This document shows positions 56,965 to 64,000 of a stretch of 64,000 bases of DNA, piece after piece. The DNA comes from an uncultured virus (IMG/VR IMGVR_UViG_3300046479_000175) (Duplodnaviria; Heunggongvirae; Uroviricota; Caudoviricetes). The notes under the pieces were generated by a model. That model saw only the letters and a list, made by a program, of their open reading frames with translations, was not told the DNA's origin and did no database searches. The stretch lies in the IMG/VR virus record IMGVR_UViG_3300046479_000175. The stretch is one strand, 5' to 3'. The position numbers and the translations under genes were made by a program. Positions within the stretch are counted from its first letter, which is position 1, and every line of letters starts with the position of its first letter.

Positions 56965-57639
56965 ATGCCCGAAGCTTCAATTCTTGAACTCATTTCGATT
57001 ATCGTCAGCGCTATTTCGGCGCTGCTAGGGACTGCCTTCGCCTCCGAGACAGCTACCAAACTGCTCGCAAAGTATTTCAAATCGGAAATCAGGTATATAT
57101 CCATCGGCGGCACAAAGTATGCACTTGCGGATGCCGCGTCAGCTCTGGGGGCGAAGCCACCTCCGCCATCGGACGCACCAACCGTTCCAAAGATTGATAC
57201 AGCACGGGACCATCTGATTACCCGATTGAATCAGGCGTCAGAATTAGAACGCAGGGATCGGATTCTATCGAACGTATGCAGATGGTCGTCGCGACTTTTC
57301 ACCTTCAGTCAATACATCGTTGGCGGAGCATTAACGCTTTCGTTCGTCAAACAGCAATTTAGTGCGCAGACTATTGGCGTTTTTGGGGTTGTCGTCTTTG
57401 TCGCCTCCGGATTAAATCAGCATTTCAACCCTAGCGGACGTGCGGAAGTCGCAGAAACGGCCGCGGAGCAATTCGAGGACTTGATTCGCGAAACCGAGGA
57501 CAAACTCCTTGCCATCGACCTCACCAGCGACGGCGTAAATAAAGACCCGAAGCCGATACTTGATTTGATAAAGAAGACGTCGTCGGAGATCGGCCGGATC
57601 AAGGCCATGAGTAAACGCCGGAACCGTACCAAGCACTGA
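56965..57639 (+). CDS. SLATT-like membrane protein
   Basis: Two C-terminal TM segments followed by FNP..RAE....AA..FE.L. Confidence 0.6.
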   Translation: MPEASILELISIIVSAISALLGTAFASETATKLLAKYFKSEIRYISIGGTKYALADAASALGAKPPPPSDAPTVPKIDTARDHLITRLNQASELERRDRILSNVCRWSSRLFTFSQYIVGGALTLSFVKQQFSAQTIGVFGVVVFVASGLNQHFNPSGRAEVAETAAEQFEDLIRETEDKLLAIDLTSDGVNKDPKPILDLIKKTSSEIGRIKAMSKRRNRTKH

Positions 57640-57749
57640 TCATCTTTGGTGCTTCCCGAAAAACCACAGTTCCCCTTCCGTGGCGCCGCCCCGCTAATGA
57701 CAGGACACGGTCAGAGAGACCCAACGATACGGCGTTAGAATGAGTCGTA

Positions 57750-58178
57750 ATGTCCCGCCTGACCAAAGAACGTATCGCCGCGGTAGTCGACGCCCACCAC
57801 CTCGATAAGGAAGAAGCCGATGCCGCAACAAGCGCTGCATCACACATCATCAACATGTTCGTCGAATGGAACATGTCGCCGGAATCTGTTGCTGGCGTCA
57901 TGGAGTTGCTAGCCCATCTGCGTCATGATCGCTGCGCGGCGAAGCCGACGCAGTCAGGTGAGAACAGAGAGCCCTTTGAGATTTTCACCGAAGCCGTAGC
58001 CGAAACGGGCAGAAATGGTTTGACGAAAAGTGAATTGCTTCCCACCTTGCTGGATTTCTCGGCGGCTATAGCAATCGCCCTCGGCGGTGAAGAGGCTTTG
58101 GTTAACTGCATGATCCGCTTTGGGGATCGTATCAAGGACTTCCGGGAGGGGACGTTCCCCGTGGATGACGCTACATAA
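57750..58178 (+). CDS. hypothetical helical protein
   Basis: 142-aa ORF. Confidence 0.55.
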   Translation: MSRLTKERIAAVVDAHHLDKEEADAATSAASHIINMFVEWNMSPESVAGVMELLAHLRHDRCAAKPTQSGENREPFEIFTEAVAETGRNGLTKSELLPTLLDFSAAIAIALGGEEALVNCMIRFGDRIKDFREGTFPVDDAT

Positions 58179-58359
58179 GCCGTGGGACCTTATCCATTTG
58201 TTCGGGCCCATACCGGCCCCCTAATCGGCTGGCCAGTGCTCGTTCCCCTCACTTCTTAGTTAGCCGCGCAGTTTTTTCCACGACATTCATGCCAATGAAG
58301 TCGTAATAGTACTTGACCGGGTTGTCCCTCGAGAGTCCAATTGCCTATCGCGGAGGCTC

Positions 58360-58977
58360 TTGATGGATAACCAAACTAAACACAAATGGGCTGTGGCTGG
58401 GTTGGTCATTTTCCTTGTTTTGCTTGTTGTCGGTGGGATTGTCTATGCATGGATTCCGATCAAGATCGATGCTCCGTCCAATGACCGACTGGTGGTTTTG
58501 ATTTACACCGACGCTTATTGGTTTAAACAACTTTACATGCGATGGACGGTCGTCGATTGGGCGCTGACAGCGTTCGCTGCAGGGACTGCCGTTAGCGCAG
58601 CCATCAAGAATGCCTATTCAGTGAAGCAAGACAAGCAAGATGCGCCATCGAAACTCGACATTACCCTAATGATCTTAGCGGTTCTTGCGGTCCTTGCGAC
58701 CACCTTCGACGCGAAGCTTCACGCAGGACAATTGGCCGAGCAATATCGAAAGGGCGACTTAATTCTTCAGGACGCGAAGATGCACTTCGAGAAAAATCCA
58801 AATGATCCAGCTGCCAAGGATAAACTCCTTGCCGAGTGGCAGAAGGCCGAAGATATTCTCGAATCTCCTCAGCCGATAGGAAAATCTCGGGGTGATGGCC
58901 AAACACCCCCAGTCGCAGATCCGAGCGCTCCAGTGAATGACCAGGCAAAGAAGAAGACGAACACATCGGGAGATTAG
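58360..58977 (+). CDS. SLATT/DUF4231-like membrane protein
   Basis: TM pair followed by FDAKLHAGQLAEQYRKG..IL. Confidence 0.55.
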   Translation: MMDNQTKHKWAVAGLVIFLVLLVVGGIVYAWIPIKIDAPSNDRLVVLIYTDAYWFKQLYMRWTVVDWALTAFAAGTAVSAAIKNAYSVKQDKQDAPSKLDITLMILAVLAVLATTFDAKLHAGQLAEQYRKGDLILQDAKMHFEKNPNDPAAKDKLLAEWQKAEDILESPQPIGKSRGDGQTPPVADPSAPVNDQAKKKTNTSGD

Positions 58978-59004
58978 ATCTAACATACTTCCACTTCCGT
59001 AGCC

Positions 59005-59313
59005 CTAGTCAACCAGCGATGCCACATTCAGCAGTTTGGCGCCCTCGCGGCGCAGTCGGTCGATCCAAACGGCTTCGGAAATGTCCCATTTCGCGTCATT
59101 ATCGATCACCACGATCTTAGGCTGAAGATCCTTGGCATGAAGCGCGAGTAGCCACGCACCCACCGGTGACAGGCGCAACCCTCTATTGCGCCGGTTCCTC
59201 ATATTTTTGAAATGCCATTTCAGCCTTGTCTTTGGGCCACACCGGGTCTGCCCAACGTACCGCGTCTCCCCCGTCTCCGGGCAGATCAAAACATAAACTC
59301 TGGCTCGGCCCAT
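59005..59313 (-). CDS. small GIY-YIG nuclease
   Basis: VYVLICPETGETRYVGQT...RL..H...E..WI......LLN. Confidence 0.8.
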   Translation of the reverse strand: MGRARVYVLICPETGETRYVGQTRCGPKTRLKWHFKNMRNRRNRGLRLSPVGAWLLALHAKDLQPKIVVIDNDAKWDISEAVWIDRLRREGAKLLNVASLVD

Positions 59314-59339
59314 TCGCTTTCCTCATAGCTCCGCCCTTT

Positions 59340-60060
59340 CTACCTGCCGGTCTGACCCCGCAGCCCACGACCAATGGGAGGCAACATGCCCGTATACTCG
59401 TTCCCTTTCAAAACTGTGCAATCCCTTGCACAGCTAACCGGAAGCATTTTTCGGAGCTTCCACGCTCGGTTGTAGGCCGGAGGTCATCCCGGCTGGCACA
59501 CCGAACGCTGCCGTACCGATCCCGGTTTTGCCGGAATACCGTATAGGTCGAGGGTGGAAGTGGCACACCAGAGCCCCTGTTTTGTTCGGCATCTGACGAG
59601 CAGGGATGCCGCAAGCTGCGGGTGACACATCATGTATTGCTTTTTGATGGAGAGGCGGCTATAGATAGTGCCGCATTCTGCCGCAACAGCAATGCACCGG
59701 CTCGGGACTGTCACCAACAGACCGGCCATGGAGGGGAACCCTAGCGGTTCCCCTTTTCATTTTCAAGTGTCTTATGTAATCTCCCTCATCGGACGTCGCT
59801 CCCAATTCCACTCGGTGCTGGTACTTCCGTCCTGCCGGGCCAGCAACGGCCAAGCCGAGCAGGTTAGGGAATGAGGCTGCGTGGTTGAAGCTGAAGGCCT
59901 CCTTTGTGGCGTGGGTGGGGATTGTCGCAACCAATCTCCTTAGTGGGGTGGTCCCGTTCCGCCCCGACAATACGGGACACCGCTCTCCGAAGCGACGCCG
60001 CGATGCGTGCGCCCAGCACGCTGACGCGAGCGGCGGCGCGCTTCACCGCAGGTGCGGTTT
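59340..60060 (-). ncRNA. candidate large structured ncRNA or origin
   Basis: No convincing ORF; more than 10 hairpins, with a GNRA loop and G-U pairs that favour the minus strand. Confidence 0.45.
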
Positions 60061-60177
60061 CGGGACCGCGCGCGAATGCGCGCCCACCGGCACGGCTGAA
60101 TTGCTATCGAAAAGGCCTATAATGCCGCTCATCATCTCCCGGGCCATGCGGCTCCATCTAAGATAGGAGGGGCGAAA

Positions 60178-61728
60178 ATGTCCGCTCCCGTTATTAAGTT
60201 ACGTCGGTTGATTCAAGAAAACAGCAGGATCCAGAAGGGTTCGTCGATTGAGATCGATTACGTTGATGTCACTCATGCTTTAGCAGATGCCACCACCCGC
60301 CAAAACCACGTCGTTTTCGGGCGCCGCGGATGTGGAAAGAGTTTGCTCCTGGAAAAGGTTCGAAAGGGGATCGGCCCGAACATCAAGGCTATCTATATAA
60401 ACTGCGAGGACTACAAGCATCATTCGTTTCCAAACGTTCTTATCGAGATCCTCGATGCTGTTTTCACGGAAATCGAGGAACATCTCAGCGGGTGGTTCGG
60501 CAAGAAGAAGCGCCTGCGCGCTCTCGTCGCCGAGCTGAGAGGATCGCTCGACAAACTTCGAACCAAGGATGACGAAATTGAGAAGAAGGTGAAGAGCCGC
60601 GCTGAAATCGAAAAGAAGGGGTCTGCTAGCGCAAAAGCAGCGGTTCCTCACACGCATCTCGGCTTCGAGTTCTCTGGCGCGCGCAAAGAATCTATTGAGG
60701 CGGAATATCACACGTTCGATGACAAAATCCGTGATCTCAACCAACTGCTGCCGAAATTGAAGAGGACGATTCAGCAGTTTTTTGACTTATCAAACAAGGT
60801 TGAGGTCATCTTCATCGAACTGGATGATTTCTACCAGCTGAGAAGGCCCATCCAGCCTTATGTTGCCGATTACGTTCATCGACTGTGCAAAGACCTTCCT
60901 CTGTTCTTCAAGATCGGAACGTTGCGTCACGTAAGCTCACTTTATGCTGACCGCCATCAGCAACCCATTGGCGCACAAGAGCGTCATGACTATCAACCAA
61001 TAAACGTCGACTACACTCTCGCTGATTTCAAGAAAACATCGGCCCAGATTCGCAAAATACTGCATGAGTACGCGAAAAAAGCAGGGATGACGCCGGATGA
61101 AGCAGACTCACTGTTCAAGGGAGAGGGCTTCAACCGCCTCGTGCTCGCATCCGGTGGCGTACCGCGCGATTTTCTTTCCCTCCTCCTTGAGGCCCTAGCC
61201 GACAAGCCGCCGGGCGATGAAAAGATCGGGAAGGATGATGTAAGGGGGCTCAGTCTTCGAACCTTTCATCACCGCATCGAAGAATTGAAGGCAGACTCAG
61301 AGGAGAAAGATCACGACACGCTCATACGCGGAATCTATGCAATCCGTAAGCTCTGCCTCGACCGCAAGACAAACGTCTTCCTGGTCGCCGACAAGAATCT
61401 CCAAGAAATGAGCGGAATTAAGGACCTCCTAAATCGGCTGGTCGACTATCGAATCGTTCACCTCGTCGGAGCAGCATTGACCCACAAATCTCAGCCGGGG
61501 ACCTTTACCGCTTACATGATCGATATGGGTGCCCATGCAAATATGCGCAAATTGGCCGGCAAATTTAAGGAAATCGACATCACAGCCCCAGATGCGAAAG
61601 AGCAGTGCCGGAATGCTCCAGTTCTGGAAGTGGCGACGCTGGAAGCGATGTTCGCTTCCGCTCCTATTAACGCCGAAGAGGTCCTCATAAAAGAGGTGGA
61701 GAGTGAGGAGGAGGAGGATTCGAACTAG
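60178..61728 (+). CDS. P-loop ATPase (ORC/CDC6-STAND-like), probable defence moron
   Basis: VFGRRGCGKS Walker A, IFIELDDFY Walker B, ASGGVPRDFL. Confidence 0.8.
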   Translation: MSAPVIKLRRLIQENSRIQKGSSIEIDYVDVTHALADATTRQNHVVFGRRGCGKSLLLEKVRKGIGPNIKAIYINCEDYKHHSFPNVLIEILDAVFTEIEEHLSGWFGKKKRLRALVAELRGSLDKLRTKDDEIEKKVKSRAEIEKKGSASAKAAVPHTHLGFEFSGARKESIEAEYHTFDDKIRDLNQLLPKLKRTIQQFFDLSNKVEVIFIELDDFYQLRRPIQPYVADYVHRLCKDLPLFFKIGTLRHVSSLYADRHQQPIGAQERHDYQPINVDYTLADFKKTSAQIRKILHEYAKKAGMTPDEADSLFKGEGFNRLVLASGGVPRDFLSLLLEALADKPPGDEKIGKDDVRGLSLRTFHHRIEELKADSEEKDHDTLIRGIYAIRKLCLDRKTNVFLVADKNLQEMSGIKDLLNRLVDYRIVHLVGAALTHKSQPGTFTAYMIDMGAHANMRKLAGKFKEIDITAPDAKEQCRNAPVLEVATLEAMFASAPINAEEVLIKEVESEEEEDSN

Positions 61729-61860
61729 TTCAGGGAGAACTCCGTGCCCGCGATTAGAGATTTAACTCGCGACATCCTCGGCGAGCTCGACAAGACCATT
61801 CTGGATAGCTTCACAACTGAGGAGCTGCAGATCATCGACGTCTCCGTCCAGCTTTCTTTT

Positions 61861-62193
61861 TTATTCACCCCCAATCCTCGCATGGCGCGAACGGGAAGGC
61901 TTTTTGACCTGATAGCCGTTCAGTCGGCCATATCCCCAATATTGGCGTCTCTCCAGTAACCCAAGACGAACAAGATGCCACAGGATAGGCCTCACCACGA
62001 ATTCATCGAGATCGTCATCAACCTGCTCAACGACGGCCACAACCTCCATCGGCGTCAGCCAAATGAAGTCCGTTATGTGATTTAGAACGATTGAACGTAG
62101 CTTATGTTTACGTGGCCGGCGCCCATAGGGCTTACGTTTTGTCCGACCGGAGATCTTCACTGCCTCGGGAGGCGTCCACCCTCGCTTCATCAT
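61861..62193 (-). CDS. small winged-helix-like protein
   Basis: VRPILWHLVRLGLLERR; overlaps rusA. Confidence 0.5.
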   Translation of the reverse strand: MMKRGWTPPEAVKISGRTKRKPYGRRPRKHKLRSIVLNHITDFIWLTPMEVVAVVEQVDDDLDEFVVRPILWHLVRLGLLERRQYWGYGRLNGYQVKKPSRSRHARIGGE

Positions 62194-62597
62194 TGTTCGA
62201 TCACTGACACCGTCACATACGTCTTTTCCTCCACCTCTGTGTATTGCCGCCGGACGATCAGTTCGTTCACGAACCGATCATCGAGGAACACCGTCCGGTT
62301 CATCCCATCGGTGATCGCCTTCACGCAGTTGTCAACGTCGCAATGCGTTGGCATCAACTCGCCGCGTAGCGCAAGGCCGCGCTTCTTCGAAGACCAAGAT
62401 TGCGGTATCGAGCAGTAGATGCGGATGCTTAGGCTGACGAAGCCGAGCAATGGCGGATTGCCCTTCATCGCGATGTTTGCGACCTGACGAACGAGTTTTT
62501 CGTAGGCGCGCGTTTCAGGGGGCGTTACGAAGCGGTTGCCGAACGTCCGTTGCTTTGGCTGACAGTAGCCGGGTATTTCGAACTCGACCGCCCGCAT
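62190..62597 (-). CDS. rusA: RusA Holliday junction resolvase
   Basis: IPG...PKQR; DVDNCVKAITDGMN..VF.DD. Confidence 0.9.
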   Translation of the reverse strand: MRAVEFEIPGYCQPKQRTFGNRFVTPPETRAYEKLVRQVANIAMKGNPPLLGFVSLSIRIYCSIPQSWSSKKRGLALRGELMPTHCDVDNCVKAITDGMNRTVFLDDRFVNELIVRRQYTEVEEKTYVTVSVIEQ

Positions 62598-62608
62598 TCA
62601 TAGCATCT

Positions 62609-62872
62609 CTAATCCAAGTAGCCCAATAAGAAGCCGGGGAGCGAATAATCAGCTTCCCGCGATGCTATTCGCCGCTCATCAATATCCGCATTCTTCCGCT
62701 TGCGCGCAACTCTGTACGACTTCCATGGAGCGCGCTTCTCTAATCTGAGGCGATGGACCTTCCCAAGAACCGCGCAACGTGATGTCTTCAGCGCGAATGC
62801 GATCTCCTTTGGGCTCTTTCCAGCGGCCCACATCTGTTTCAGTCGTTCAGCGTCTTCGGCGCTCCATTTCAT
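62609..62872 (-). CDS. GcrA-like N-terminal HTH protein
   Basis: W..E..ERLK.MW..G.S..EIA..L..SR.AVLGKVHRL.L. Confidence 0.85.
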   Translation of the reverse strand: MKWSAEDAERLKQMWAAGKSPKEIAFALKTSRCAVLGKVHRLRLEKRAPWKSYRVARKRKNADIDERRIASREADYSLPGFLLGYLD

Positions 62873-63486
62873 GCGGCGCCACCGGCAGCCGCGAATTTAT
62901 CCGTCTGGTTTCCCCATGTGTCCCATCCCGATCTGCGCTGCCGGGCAAAGAGTTCGCAATATGGACCAGCAACAAGCCGCTCAATCCTTTCGTGAATGCC
63001 CTCGGGCTTCCGAGAGTGCTCTCGGCGGGGAGCGATGATGCCTTGGCGAACGTCGGCGTGCAGACGCTTAGGCTTACCCCGCGTCGCAAGCAAAGAGGGC
63101 TCGGTGTTCGCCCGCGTCCAGTAGCCGAGGCCCGCGAAAGGTGTTTTGTCATCCGCGAAGAGTCGATACGGGTCCGCTTTCATCCAGCTAAAGGCGCACG
63201 TTTTGTAGGTAAATCCCCACGCATCCAAAATCGCGAGCGAGCGCTGCAGGACAGGCCAGCAAGTCCACATGAATAGAACGCAGTCCTCTGCCGCCAATTC
63301 CGAAACTGGCAACGCGGCAATTTTGTCGTCGTCCATCAGGTCGTAATGTCGTTCGATAGCCCGCGACGGATAGTTATTTCCAACCTTCTTGGGTCGCGCT
63401 CCCCAAAGAGAGTTAAAGACCCATGGCGGATCCGCAAGGATCGCCCCGTAATGACCGGCCTTCAGATCTTCGAAAGGCCACGTCAT
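62869..63486 (-). CDS. MT-A70 family adenine methyltransferase
   Basis: ILADPPW, LFMW, WGF.YKT..F.W.K, REHSRKP, ELFAR, WGNQ. Confidence 0.93.
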   Translation of the reverse strand: MTWPFEDLKAGHYGAILADPPWVFNSLWGARPKKVGNNYPSRAIERHYDLMDDDKIAALPVSELAAEDCVLFMWTCWPVLQRSLAILDAWGFTYKTCAFSWMKADPYRLFADDKTPFAGLGYWTRANTEPSLLATRGKPKRLHADVRQGIIAPRREHSRKPEGIHERIERLVAGPYCELFARQRRSGWDTWGNQTDKFAAAGGAA

Positions 63487-63848
63487 CAGTTACCCATGAA
63501 TACGTAAACAGGTGTCTTCCGTGCGTGACTCCTCTTTTCCTTCATCGCCCGATAAGCTCCGGTTGCTTTCAAAAGCCCATCGCGGACAGCTTTATTGATC
63601 AGCGCACCCCATGCATTTGCGTGACCTGGATGGCCGACGCGGGCGATAAGCATGCGGCGAAGATCCTCGCCCGTGACGCCGTGCTCCGTATTTGCCCAGC
63701 CATTGGGCATGCGGGCGAGCTGCTCAAGCTGAAGCAATGCGAGTGCCATCCAATCGGAATTATTTTCTGTGACTTGCTCGATGCCGGCGTCCCGAGCCTG
63801 AGCCGATGCGAGGAAGTCGAGGAGCGGAGCGCCGGATTCCATCTTCAA
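63486..63848 (-). CDS. phage hypothetical protein
   Basis: ARDAGI..V..N...P.H.NAWGAL....HAR. Confidence 0.6.
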   Translation of the reverse strand: MKMESGAPLLDFLASAQARDAGIEQVTENNSDWMALALLQLEQLARMPNGWANTEHGVTGEDLRRMLIARVGHPGHANAWGALINKAVRDGLLKATGAYRAMKEKRSHARKTPVYVFMGN

Positions 63849-64000
63849 CCCCCGCCGTAGATATCGGCCAATGTCACGTCGCCCTTGCAGAATTTCACGA
63901 TCCGCTTCGCCATAACAGGGCGCGGAACTCGCAGACCATGCACATATCGGCGCGCGCTCTCATGCGTCGTTTTGATCCCGTCAGCAAAGGCCTGGATCGA
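63845..64000 (-). CDS. Cro-like HTH protein (5' end outside the window)
   Basis: Hand translation ..AFADGIKTTHESARRYVHGLRVPRP.MAKRI....KGDVTLADIY. Confidence 0.75.
   Translation of the reverse strand, partial: SIQAFADGIKTTHESARRYVHGLRVPRPVMAKRIVKFCKGDVTLADIYGGG

Larger units (their letters stand above)
24967..64000 (-). mobile_element. temperate myovirus-type phage or prophage (continues beyond the window)
   Basis: Collinear head, neck, contractile tail, baseplate and lysis modules plus early genes. Confidence 0.93.

Noticed and set aside
59005..60060. Group I intron encoding the GIY-YIG protein
   Set aside because: No interrupted host gene and no recognisable P7 R/S consensus by eye; an Infernal search would settle it.

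Overview
Mosaic mobile-element window, probably from an alphaproteobacterial host (GcrA-like gene, MobA/MobL relaxase). From about 24970 to 64000 the minus strand carries an apparently intact contractile-tailed temperate phage: Cro-like HTH, MT-A70 methylase, GcrA, RusA, terminase, DUF4055 portal, scaffold, P22-like coat, neck, sheath/tube, frameshifted tail chaperone, tape measure, baseplate, two fibres and a lysis region with a SleB-type hydrolase and a lipase. Opposite-strand defence-like morons (AbiV, two SLATT-like genes, a P-loop ATPase) interrupt it. Bases 1-24000 hold a split VirD4/TraG coupling protein (not in the ORF track), a TIR/SEFIR plus TM-OmpA gene pair, a phage-like small-gene operon with ParB, Lar-like and DUF1643 genes, orphan nucleases, an ImmA/IrrE-DUF4411 pair, a DNA methylase, and a MOBQ relaxase with a recognisable oriT. 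Main hunt results: (i) the region entering first from oriT contains four branched hairpin elements whose GNA triloops are nearly all on the predicted transferred strand, suggesting ssDNA origins or promoters in a possible mobilisable phage/plasmid hybrid; (ii) a ~700-nt hairpin-dense, probably non-coding region lies where a phage replication gene would be expected. No integrase, replication initiator, tRNA or CRISPR array was seen. All protein calls come from motif recognition by eye; no database searches were run.
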